Of a stretch of 64,000 nucleotides of DNA, positions 10,091-22,250 are shown piece by piece (within the stretch, counting starts at the first letter, position 1; every line of letters starts with the position of its first letter). Source of the stretch: Octopus bimaculoides (lineage: Eukaryota); the NCBI RefSeq assembly GCF_001194135.2, contig NC_068982.1, positions 93,361,557-93,425,556 on the forward strand, given 5' to 3'. The notes below the pieces were generated by a model that saw only the letters and a list, made by a program, of their open reading frames with translations, had not been told where the DNA came from and did not search any database. The position numbers and the translations under genes were made by a program.

Positions 10091-11821
10091 GAGAGACAAT
10101 TATTATAATTTTCCACAAAGGCAATGTGGTAAACAAGCATTTCAAAACATACGCAAAAACAAATAGTCGTGCATTGTTCATGTATACATATATATGTAGT
10201 ATAATGTTTGTTTGGATGAAGGGATGTGTCTCTGCATGTATGTATGTATGCATGCATGCATGTATGTATGTATGTTCATGTATGTATACATTGTGTGCGT
10301 GTGTGCTTGTGTATGTACGCATATATATAAGATTTATCTAGGGAAACGTATTTATACGTACCGTATACATGCATGATTATCAACATAAATATAGATACAT
10401 ATACATACATATACACATAAATACATGTGTATTTGTATACAGGTGTTTTAGTTTTACATATGTACATGTGTGCGTGTATGTGCTTGTGTGTGCGTGTATG
10501 TGCTTGTGTGTGCGTGTGCATATCTAATATATATATATATATATACATATATACACACACATATATATATACAAATATATATACACATATATTATGTATG
10601 TATATATAAATATATATACATACATTTATAACTATATATACATTATGTAAATGTATATAGATACAATATATATGTGTATATATTATATATATATGTGTGT
10701 ATATATGTATATATTATATTTATATATATGTATGTATATATGTATGTATATGTATATATGTATATATATATATTTACACTCACATATGTATATGCACACA
10801 CACATACACATATATATACACACACAACACTATGCTTATATAATATATATACATATACNNNNNNNNNNNNNNNNNNNNNNNNNNNNNNNNNNNNNNNNNN
10901 NNNNNNNNNNNNNNNNNNNNNNNNNNNNNNNNNNNNNNNNNNNNNNNNNNNNNNNNNNNNNNNNNNNNNNNNNNNNNNNNNNNNNNNNNNNNNNNNNNNN
11001 NNNNNNNNNNNNNNNNNNNNNNNNNNNNNNNNNNNNNNNNNNNNNNNNNNNNNNNNNNNNNNNNNNNNNNNNNNNNNNNNNNNNNNNNNNNNNNNNNNNN
11101 NNNNNNNNNNNNNNNNNNNNNNNNNNNNNNNNNNNNNNNNNNNNNNNNNNNNNNNNNNNNNNNNNNNNNNNNNNNNNNNNNNNNNNNNNNNNNNNNNNNN
11201 NNNNNNNNNNNNNNNNNNNNNNNNNNNNNNNNNNNNNNNNNNNNNNNNNNNNNNNNNNNNNNNNNNNNNNNNNNNNNNNNNNNNNNNNNNNNNNNNNNNN
11301 NNNNNNNNNNNNNNNNNNNNNNNNNNNNNNNNNNNNNNNNNNNNNNNNNNNNNNNNNNNNNNNNNNNNNNNNNNNNNNNNNNNNNNNNNNNNNNNNNNNN
11401 NNNNNNNNNNNNNNNNNNNNNNNNNNNNNNNNNNNNNNNNNNNNNNNNNNNNNNNNNNNNNNNNNNNNNNNNNNNNNNNNNNNNNNNNNNNNNNNNNNNN
11501 NNNNNNNNNNNNNNNNNNNNNNNNNNNNNNNNNNNNNNNNNNNNNNNNNNNNNNNNNNNNNNNNNNNNNNNNNNNNNNNNNNNNNNNNNNNNNNNNNNNN
11601 NNNNNNNNNNNNNNNNNNNNNNNNNNNNNNNNNNNNNNNNNNNNNNNNNNNNNNNNNNNNNNNNNNNNNNNNNNNNNNNNNNNNNNNNNNNNNNNNNNNN
11701 NNNNNNNNNNNNNNNNNNNNNNNNNNNNNNNNNNNNNNNNNNNNNNNNNNNNNNNNNNNNNNNNNNNNNNNNNNNNNNNNNNNNNNNNNNNNNNNNNNNN
11801 NNNNNNNNNNNNNNNNNNNNN

Positions 11822-11857
<36 letters not shown>

Positions 11858-12042
11858 TTATTTTGAGGATACATATATCTCTTTAAAAGGGATGTCAACA
11901 TCTAAGCTTCACCGGTTTAATCTTATATATCGATGAAATGTTCAAGAGACCAGTATAACTTAATAGTATTGGTGTTTATTGTTACGGAGTGTAATGATTA
12001 TTACACTTCGATATATATGGGTATATTTCATTATCATGTGTT

Positions 12043-12268
12043 ATAAGGAGAAAATAGAAAGATTTAACTAATAAGATTCAATTTATTAACATACTGTCAA
12101 AATTCTCCGTTACCTACAATTGTTTCCATACTCAACTCATTCAATTATTAATCTATTAATTTGTAATTGAATGAGTTGAGTATGGAAACAATTGTAGGTA
12201 ACAGAGAATTTTGACAATATGTTGATAAATTGAATTTTATCAGTTAAAGCTCTCCATTTTCTCCTTAT
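12043..12268. repeat. Fold-back inverted repeat, 105-bp arms (12043-12147 / 12164-12268), 16-nt loop
   Basis: About 9 mismatches by manual alignment. Each arm carries a hammerhead 3' half (GAAA CAATTG TA at 12185-12196). Confidence 0.9.
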
Positions 12269-12341
12269 GATATAGATGGATAGATAGATAGATAGATATA
12301 TAGATAGATACATACATACATGTACACATATATATGTGTGA

Positions 12342-12402
<61 letters not shown>

Positions 12403-12444
12403 CACACACACACACATATATACTCACATATGTATATGTATGTG

Positions 12445-13050
12445 TTTATACCCCTACCACCACTTGACAACCAGTGTTGATGTGTTTATGTCCCCCGTCA
12501 CATAGTAGTTCGGCAAAAAGAGACCGATAGTATAAGTACCAGGCTTTAAAAAAACAAAAAAAACTGTGGTCGATTCGTACGACTAAAATTTTTGAAAGCG
12601 GTGCCCCAGTATGGCCACAGTTTGATCACTGAGACAAGTAAAATATTAAAGATATATCTCTTATCTTGTTTCAGTCATTAGGCTGCGGCCATGCTGGGAC
12701 ACCGCCTTGAGGAATTTTAGTTGGACTACTCGACCCCAGTACGTTTGAACTTCTTTTTTATATTAAGCCTGGTACTTATTCTACCGATATCTTATGCCAA
12801 ACCGCTAGGTTACAGGAACGTAAACACGCCAGCATCGGTTGGCAAGCGGAGTGGGGGGAGGCACGCACATACATACACATACAGCCATATATATATACGA
12901 CGGGTTTCTTTCAAACTCTACTAAATCCACTCACAGGGCTTTGGTCGGCCTGTGGTTATAGTAGATGACACTTGCAAAAGGTGTCACGCATTGGGAGTGA
13001 ACCCGGATTCATGTGATTGAGAAGCAAACTTCTTACCACATAGCCAGACC
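12445..13050. mobile_element. Two tRNA-headed SINE family B copies tail-to-tail (+ 3' part ~12445-12650; - near-full copy ~12655-13050)
   Basis: Matches the 47557-47959 copy (TTGACAACC...CGGCAAAAGAGACCGATAG...GACAAGTAAAA) and its reverse complement. Confidence 0.75.
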
Positions 13051-13817
13051 TGTGAGGTATATATGTGTGTGTATGTGCTTATATAAATATATATATATAC
13101 GTACATATACAACATATTTATGCATATGCGTATCTACATGCACATACAATATATATATATATATCCATATATATANNNNNNNNNNNNNNNNNNNNNNNNN
13201 NNNNNNNNNNNNNNNNNNNNNNNNNNNNNNNNNNNNNNNNNNNNNNNNNNNNNNNNNNNNNNNNNNNNNNNNNNNNNNNNNNNNNNNNNNNNNNNNNNNN
13301 NNNNNNNNNNNNNNNNNNNNNNNNNNNNNNNNNNNNNNNNNNNNNNNNNNNNNNNNNNNNNNNNNNNNNNNNNNNNNNNNNNNNNNNNNNNNNNNNNNNN
13401 NNNNNNNNNNNNNNNNNNNNNNNNNNNNNNNNNNNNNNNNNNNNNNNNNNNNNNNNNNNNNNNNNNNNNNNNNNNNNNNNNNNNNNNNNNNNNNNNNNNN
13501 NNNNNNNNNNNNNNNNNNNNNNNNNNNNNNNNNNNNNNNNNNNNNNNNNNNNNNNNNNNNNNNNNNNNNNNNNNNNNNNNNNNNNNNNNNNNNNNNNNNN
13601 NNNNNNNNNNNNNNNNNNNNNNNNNNNNNNNNNNNNNNNNNNNNNNNNNNNNNNNNNNNNNNNNNNNNNNNNNNNNNNNNNNNNNNNNNNNNNNNNNNNN
13701 NNNNNNNNNNNNNNNNNNNNNNNNNNNNNNNNNNNNNNNNNNNNNNNNNNNNNNNNNNNNNNNNNNNNNNNNNNNNNNNNNNNNNNNNNNNNNNNNNNNN
13801 NNNNNNNNNNNNNNNNN

Positions 13818-13975
13818 CTTTGGTCGGCCTGTGGTTATAGTAGATGACACTTGCAAAAGGTGTCACGCATTGGGAGTGAACCCGGATTCATGTGATTGAG
13901 AAGCAAACTTCTTACCACATAGCCAGACCTGTGAGGTATATATGTGTGTGTATGTGCTTATATAAATATATATAT
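13818..13975. repeat. Exact 158-bp duplicate of 12939-13096 across an N-gap
   Basis: Base-for-base identical; probably an assembly overlap. Confidence 0.85.
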
Positions 13976-14694
13976 CTTATAGACATTCATTATATGTTAT
14001 AGACGTTTACAATTTATGTGTGTGTCTGTGTGAACGTGCGCAGGTATGCTTAACACGTTTGATTCAATCATGATAGGTAACATACAGTTCTGTTCCGTGA
14101 TATCTTGGTCATGTGTCCTTTTCTATAGCCTGGTGTGTAGCCACTCCATAAATGAAATTGGGTTACTGGAATCTCTGGAATATATTCTTGGAAGGATAAA
14201 CACAAACTCAGAGAACATGCACACACGCGCAGTGTGTGTGTGTGTGTGTTTGTGTTTATGCATGTGCGTGTGTGTGTGTTTGATGTACTGTTTCAGCTTT
14301 GGGTGAGGCGAATGTCACACAGCGGAACTGAACCCGAAACACGTGGCTGCAAAGCAAACTTCTTAACCACATCTATGCCGGCGCCTATTGTATATATGTA
14401 GAAATATGTACGTGTGGATAGATGGATATAGTTATCTTGTTTAATCTTTGGTCGGCTCTGATGAAGATGACCTATGGTCAAAGAGTTCCATTGATGACCT
14501 TCCATTTTATATCCAGGCAGTGTGTCCAGGTTTACGTTGTTAAATATGTCCTTTTAATTTTATGGAGTTCTTGGCAAATTGGGCGACATTTGGTAGCTAT
14601 TCTTTAGGAGGTTTGCAATTACGTAGAGGCTCTTTCAATAGACATTATACTCGCGCATACAATCACAGAAACACACAAAAGTGTGTGTGTGTGC

Positions 14695-14725
<31 letters not shown>

Positions 14726-15009
14726 ACGCCTTAAGTATAACTTCTGTATTTTGTCTGTAATTATTTTCTGTCCGCCGCTTTCTTCAAGTTCCTTGTACGA
14801 GTTCACTTGTACTGCCCTATAATTCACATTGCACCATCTCCTCACAATAAGTGAACTTACTGACACCCAACAAATTCCTCCTCGTTTACACAATTTCAGG
14901 AAGCTTTTATTCTAATACTCCGCCTGTTGGACATAACAGCAAATCTCCAAAACATAACTTGACTGTCTTAAAAGGGGGAAAAAGCGCAGTAATAATTGCT
15001 TCTACATTG

Positions 15010-15195
15010 GTCACGAGACCAGCAGTTTTGCCGTCGGGTGTTAGTCGATTGCATCTTAGCAGATACACTATTTCATCGACCCCCAGAGGGATCAAAGGTA
15101 AAGCTGACCACGGCAGAATTTGAATCCAGAACGTAAAGAGCCGGAACAAATGCCACAAAGCACTTTTTCCCAACGTGCTAACGATTCTACCCAAC
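15010..15195 (-). mobile_element. SINE family A, diverged
   Basis: TCATCGACCCCCAGAGGGATCAAAGGTAAAGCTGACCACGGCAGAATTTGAATCCAGAACGTAAAG is the reverse complement of the body. Confidence 0.65.
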
Positions 15196-16184
15196 AAACT
15201 GGATTGACGTCCAGCATACATTTCCATGTACAGATTACTGTTGCTGGGTGCCGGATTTCGCCCTTTGATTTCAGTTCTCTGATGATGTCGCTTTTGTTGT
15301 TGTTTAGGCCCAGATCAGCTAATATCAAGCACAATATGATTAAAAAGGTATTTCATCCGGGACTATCCTGTCCTTGTTGTTAAGATGATAGAATGTGATA
15401 TGAGAGACAGAAAGTGAGACACAGACAGAGACAGATAGTTTTGGCAGCTCGCTAGTCCAGTGACTACGCTAGCTCGAATTTCGTCATGATGCTCAAAACC
15501 AAAACAATAAAACAAATCAATACACCTCCCCATTTCATTCCCTCAGCAGCTTAATTTCAATATTTTCACATTGACTGTCTTAGTATGCAGATCCCGTAAA
15601 TCGGACTCTACAGGGCAGTCATTGCTTAGCCCCGCGTCAGATTTGATCTAAAGGACTTGCAGTCAAAAGCGTTCCAGCTATAACAGATCAGTCTTTTATA
15701 TTAGAATTATTTTTGCTTTCTTTCGCTTCCTGTTAAGATGGTTTGTACGTGATTTTAAGGCTGCTATTTGTTGTCGTGAAGATTCACTTCACTTTATCTA
15801 ATGAAGAAGCTATGAACGCCAACAGTATCAATATATATTTTCTACAAGTTGATAAGAAAGAGATAGACATTGTCCATTCTTTTTGCGTCCCTCCTTAGAG
15901 TGGTGAGACTGATTTAGATAATGTCCAGCCTGGAAATCTGCCGGTCAATGTTGTAGTGAGTACGTAGGCAAAAAGGGAATAGGCGGTTTGGTTTTAATAT
16001 AACATCTGATCGAACTCTGTCGAAGACACCAGCTGTGGGTGATATACCGAGTAGTGTGGTGGATCAGCCACTGAAGGCAATACTTACTACATGCGGTTTC
16101 TTCTACCACTCATCTTGCATGTAAAGCAATCTGAGAAAACAATAGATCGAAAGGGAAAAGAAATCAATATTTATTATTATTATA

Positions 16185-16400
16185 TTGACGAAAGGCGGTG
16201 AATGCCTTTCGTTAGCATTTCGGATGAAATGCTTAGCAATATTTCTTCCTGCTCTTTACATTCTCAGTTCAAATATTACCAAGGCAAACTTTTCCTTTCA
16301 TCCTTTCAGGGTTAGTAAAATAAGAACCAGTCGGGCACTGGGGTCCTTGTAATCGATCTCTCCCTCCTATCAAAACTGCTGGCTTTATGCCAAAATTATG
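16185..16400 (+). mobile_element. SINE family A, diverged
   Basis: Head AAGGCGGTGAA...GAAATGCTTAGC and body CAGTTCAAAT...TTTCATCCTTTCAGGG...CACTGGGGTC. Confidence 0.65.
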
Positions 16401-16928
16401 AAGTATATAATATTGACGAGTGTCTTAGAATAAAGAACATGCTCCAGACAGTGGTTAGCTCTGCATTTCGATTCCATTGAACGATTTGATTTCATTTTTA
16501 TTACTAATGTGTTCAAGAAAAGCATAGGTGTCCAAAATGTATATTCTATTAAAGAATATGCTTTTTTGAAATACAAGCATAGCCTTGTGTCGACCAAACT
16601 TCTTGAGTGAAATTTGGTAGACATAAAATGACAGGAACTCCGTCTGCAGTCCTGTTTCTGTTTATGACTGATAATAGGCTTAATCCATCACTCAGTTTAA
16701 CACCCCACCCACCTCAATCAGCCAGTGGGTGCATTTCGTAGAGTCCACTCTTATTGTAAGCAATCGTGCTGGGACTTCTGTCTGAGGATAACATTTCCCA
16801 TTCATTTCACCAATCTCAGAAGGCCTGAAAAGGTCATGGACGCTGTTCTTCCCCTCTCTCGCTAAGCCGTAAAATAAAGAGAGGGAGAGGGGGAGAGAGA
16901 GAAAAGGGGAGGGACTGAGTGAGTGAGA

Positions 16929-17011
<83 letters not shown>

Positions 17012-17624
17012 TATGACACATCTTTCGAAAACTATGTATATCTAATTTTCTTTTCCAAATTCTTTATACCATCATGTTAAACATTTTTAGTTCCCTCTTT
17101 CAAGACCAGATGGATTTCTCTTATTAAACTATTATTAGTTTCCCGGTTTCTTGTCCATCTCTGTAAGCTACTTTGGACTGTTATTTTTCTTCTGACTGCT
17201 TAATCGTTTTTTTTTTGTTTTTTTTTCTATATTTATTTCTGGTTTAGTTTTCTCTTTGCCCCCACCCCCACCACAACCTTTTTTTTTTACCCAACTGTTG
17301 CTACTTCTCTCTTCTTAACATCGAAATTTTGACATTTTTCGGGGATTTGGTTTCTGCTTTTTTTTTTTACACATTTTCCTCAAATAGCTTCGATGGAAAT
17401 ATACATACATACATACATACATACATACATACATACATACATACATACATACATACATACATACATGTATGTATGTATGTATGTATCTCTATCCACATAT
17501 CTATATCTATCTAGCTAGCTATATATGTATACACATACACACACACACACACATATATACACACATATACATACATACATACATATATATATATATACAC
17601 ACATATACATACATACATATATAT

Positions 17625-17669
<45 letters not shown>

Positions 17670-17678
<9 letters not shown>

Positions 17679-17830
17679 CGTGGTCATGCGGTATACATAC
17701 ATGTTGCTTCCCAACCACAGTTCCGCTTGAGTCTTACTGTGTGGCACCTTGGGCAGGTGTCTTCTGCTATAGCGTAGGGTCGACCAAAGAAAGAAGCCCG
17801 TTGAATATATTTGTGTGTGCGTCTCTGTGT
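17670..17830 (+). mobile_element. SINE family B, tRNA-like head
   Basis: GTGGCACCTTGGGCAGGTGTCTTCTGCTATAGC...GACCAAAG...AAGAAGCCCG matches 47557 onward. Confidence 0.65.
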
Positions 17831-19329
17831 GTGCACGCGCGTGTGTGTGTGCGTGCTGTGATGTATGCATGTGTGTGAAGACGTCCGCATCATCAGATAT
17901 TTGAAGGCAGAAATCTGACTTTGACTTCCAACATCCGATTATAACGACTTATTCTACGTCCACGAAACTTTAAGTACTGTGGAGCTGACTCAAATTGTTA
18001 TCATAGGCCCACAACAATCCAGTTCCTGGGATCCAAGATCTATGATCCACATTGCAGAAGGTGCCTGCACATCGAAGCATTACAGTGATGCTAAGACGTG
18101 TATTTCCGAATATCACTATCCTCGTCGTGAAGGAATTAGATCCAGTGGTAAGAGGAACCAAAGACACCTGGTACCTGATAATATTTGCATGAAGCTGTTA
18201 TACTGAAGTCTCTGTCAGAAACCGCCTTAAATCTGACTACCAAACCTTGTTTTTCTCTTCAAGTGTACTTTCTTAATCTTAGTTTTCTTACTACAGAGCT
18301 GCTGGATGGTGCATACATGTTGCTCCCACCACCACTAGGGACCCCTCTTACCCCACTCTATCCCTTTTGAATCATGTTCTTAGAAGAACTAGGGGTCCAT
18401 TACTCCCAAAGTGATTTTGCAGCGTACCCGTTCACCGTCTCGGGTATTTCTATGTACCCCATTGTTTTAGCAGTTCTTAGATTTGTCCTGCTGGGTTTCA
18501 AACCACCCTCCGCAGAAAGCTTGTGGAGATGCCGGTTTAGTCGCCGACGACCCGAAAATTAAACAGGTTTTATTGGATTACATGTTGCCAGTAGCACTCT
18601 GTGTGTGTGTGTGTATGTGTGTGTGTGTGTGTATATATATATTTATGTGTGCGCGCGTGCGTGCGTAGTCAATAAGTCAAAGAAAATCACACTCAATATT
18701 AATAATAGATCGATTATATATTTATATTTCATCGAACAATGTATTACTAGATTTTGCATATAACTGAGCTGAATGTTATTGTCGGTTTCGCTCAGAATAT
18801 TGCCACCAGACAATATTGACGGCTGATAAGAAAACCATAGCTTCTGGAATCAATGTACCTTGCCTCTAGCGAGGTACATAGATTCTAGATTGTTTTGTGG
18901 CCGCGCAAGGTTTAAACGAAATTTCGTGGAAGATATTCTGAGGAAGAAAATATTTATCAATAAATTTTCACTAAATTGCATTTTATCCTTTTGTCGCCAC
19001 CAAACCAAATCTAATGTTTATGTACCTCCAGCGCTTAAGAGGCTACACGCTTCCGGCCTGCTGTCTGAATAGTTCTGAATATTATCTAGTGACTCGAAAC
19101 CGGAGGTAATATACTGGCCAGTTATATGCCGTAACCAGTTTGTGGTGATAAAGAGAATGAATACAAAACTGATATCCTTTAGCGCACAAAATGAAAACAT
19201 TGAAACAGAAGGAAGGGTCGTCAGGTCCTGCACCTTCAAAACACCACAAATTTGAGAAGAAAAAAAAGGAAATGAAGAAAGCTTGATTTAGATACAGACA
19301 AAATAATTATGGAAAAATACATCGATGAT

Positions 19330-20585
19330 GTAAGAAGCCCCAGCGCAAGGGCCAGAAGTAGGGTCCTAAAGGACTTCCCAAAGTAACCGCAAATTTTTTT
19401 TATGGAGACCTAGTAACCCAGACTCGAGGACCACCAAATAGGTGAGTTAAATGTTTTCTTTTCTCCTCCTTCTATTAACATGGCAACAATAGCGAAAGTA
19501 ACGTGTATAAATGCACGTGGCCTGGTGTCACCCTGGAAGCAGAGTCGTCTCCTCATTGACCTCAGGTCGCTAGGTTTGGATATGATAGCCATCGACGACT
19601 CAAGGATTTCCAACATAAACACCTTAGTAACCATTTTTAGCGATTTTGAGATCGGCCTGAAATGAAGAACAGGGTAGGGTATGGTTCGAAAAAGCTGGGC
19701 CTTGGGATACAGTCGATGTTTCTGGGCCCGGACGGTAAATTAGTAGACCTAGTCATGAACATTAGCGAATGTGCTGCCTTTAGACTAATTATTTCAAAGC
19801 AGCCAAATCTTTTCAGACGTTTGGAGGTTTTCTTGAATACGTTCCGCTCTTTAATGCTAGCAGGCAATTAGAACACCATCTTGGATGCATGTCTGGATAG
19901 TGTTGGGCTAGTTGATTGTAGATGGGTGTATAAAAACCTCGCAGACCTGCTTAGTCGTTTTCAATTGACTCTCAAGTACCGACTGGATTTTCCGAATGCG
20001 CCAATAAGAAAATGGGTAAGCAGCATCGCGGTATCCAGATCATATCTAGATGGACTATTTGGTTGACCAGCAGAGGAATAGCATAAATTGTTCACAATTG
20101 AAAGTGGTCGGCAAAATAGATCGCTACTTTGTGATCTTTACGGTTGACCTACATCGGATGCATAGACTGGGACCCGGTATGTCTTCGCCGGTGCGCCAAT
20201 TTAAAGAGAACTGTGTAAGAGGGAATTGACAGGGGCAATCGTCAACAGCCAATTAGTTTTAGTAAAGAAAATGTGATAGAGAATTCAAGAGTAGAAGGTG
20301 AGCTAGTTAGTGACTGAGAAGATGTGCTTAGGAAAGGCATTGTGACTGACGTAATGTCTGCTAGATTAAACATTTACTGATTCTTCAACGTTAAGTATGA
20401 AGGTCGCATTATCAGACCTAGGTCGTATGTCCTAAAGCACGAGAGAACGAAAACCGTTCAAAAAGCCCGAGTGGTGAGATACAGCTTGGCAAAAAACACA
20501 ATTAAATCTTTGGCAGGTCGGCAGGGTTGCATGCTACTTGATTCCAATGTTTCAGTATCATGTGTTCAATCCGTCAGGGGTGCCC

Positions 20586-20661
<76 letters not shown>

Positions 20662-21000
20662 GGTGACCGACACCACTCTAAAGGAACACGAGGCGGTGAT
20701 AGGTGCAAAATTAACCAGGAGAAATTATTAGGCCTGCAGTTCGGCATCTGGAGAGGCAGATATATACTACCCTAAAGTGTCGTGGGACTCTGGACAAACG
20801 AACCAGTTAAATTGCCCGAGTTCTGTATTGTTTAGTTTGGTTTGGTCTATTCCAGACATCCAGCTGTTCAAAAACTGACAGGTGTGCCTTGCCCCACTTC
20901 ATGGCTAAGCACAAGGTAGCGCTTGCTCTACTGTCCTCTGTCCTTGTATTATTCTAAATGATTTTCTTTTTTTGCGGTCCTTGTAACCAATAAAGAAAAG
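19330..21000 (+). mobile_element. L1/Tx1-clade LINE relic: APE endonuclease, internally deleted RT, 3' end
   Basis: VTCINARGLVSPWKQSRLLIDLRS (19480 on), LAGN*NTILD, SRSYLD; RT SIRQGCP at 20566-20586; KINQEKLLGLQFGIWRG; AATAAA near 20988. Confidence 0.85.
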
Positions 21001-21019
21001 ATTGTTATCGTCATCATTA

Positions 21020-22250
21020 TCTATTTATTTATTATTTACTTATCTTATTTGCCGCAGGACAAGTTATAATTAAAGCGGAGGTTTACAGACAGACAGTAAG
21101 GAGTAAAAAGAGGGTGGAAGGAGAGAAATGAGATAAAAAGTATACATAGTGTACAAAATATATGAATACATGGACCATGCAGTCCTGTTACAGTAGAGTC
21201 TTCAACGAAGAAACTACAGAGATCCGGGATCATCCTGGCCAGCGAAGGCACGAAGCATCAATCAACTGTTGTTTCCAATATACAGACGTATGCATATAGT
21301 CCCTTTCACCTTACTCATTTTCGCCACATTTACCGATCTTTTAACAAATTTACTGGGAGAGAGCACTTCCCTTTCCATCCTTACTTTCCTTTCCAAATGG
21401 AACTTGAAAGGTTGATGAAGGTTTGGCCGATGAGGAAGATTTCCGCTGTCAATCCTTTCAGCCTTGTCCACTATGCAACCGCTTTCAACATAGTCAACAA
21501 ACAAAAGGAAACTACTTGCCCGACTTTTTTAAAGGAGGGTGGTGGGACGATATTTACGATGGACTCGACCAATAGCCGGATCTGTCGTTCGTGCAAACGT
21601 TTCAGTACTGCATGAGTATAGTGTAGTATAGCTGCATGGTTTCTTCACTCCGGGCATGTCTCAGACAGTCTCACCTATCCGAGGTACACTCCAGACACAT
21701 CCGTGCCAGTAGAGTTTATATCGAACTCGTAGTGCCTCTCTCAGTAGCACTGCTAGGCCAAGCGTTTCTGGTAGTTGTTCGTTCCGAAAGTTCTCGCTGA
21801 CGCCTAGGATTTCCCTGAGAACAACATCGCTCGCGCCTACCTATATTTCTCCTTGTGTATTACCAAAGAAGAATTTCCACTAATAGCATTGCCCGAAATA
21901 CAGAGCGGTAGAACGGTAAGGACTTGATGCCGTTCCAGATGTCAAAGCACTCAATGACCCAATGGCTGCAGATTTGTCAAAGAGATGAGCTACGAAACAG
22001 CGCAAGAAACTCTGCAGGCGACAGCCTCAGCGCGTGTCTGCACACCAGTAATCACAGCATACCAAGCCCACTTCAGTCGCGCAACAGATAGGCAGTCTGA
22101 CCAGTAGAACGTATCCCTTTCACTGGTCAGAAAGTGGAAAAGTTAATGCTCCAGTCTAGTCAACCAAGAGTTATAGCAAGGCACGACACACAGGCGGTAA
22201 ATTATGACGGAAATGGTATAGGTATTCATCACCTTTGCTCAATCTTTCAG
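21020..22250 (-). mobile_element. L1/Tx1-clade LINE 3' fragment (ORF2 C-terminus plus 3' UTR and A-rich tail)
   Basis: Minus-strand NYQKRLA*QCY, REALRVRYKLYWHG, RQIRLLVESIVNIVPPPSF, FKFHLERKVRMEREVLS; homologous to the 1640-1800 segment. A short second piece lies at ~22556-22620. Confidence 0.7.

Noticed and set aside
4850-13899. Long ORFs of 200-420 aa containing X runs (also at 26052-27495, 30060-30806, 32112-32619, 60801-61101)
   Set aside because: They span N-gaps (4946-5420, 10859-11821, 13176-13817, 23559-23698, 26476-27354, 30257-30605, 32287-32475, 57967-57976, 60848-61066) and microsatellites.
18781-19115. Hammerhead-like arrangements (18781-18830 minus, ~18936-18985, ~19035-19105) and a hairpin at 18847-18885
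   Set aside because: Each has two or more core mismatches; possible fossils, but not separable from chance by eye.
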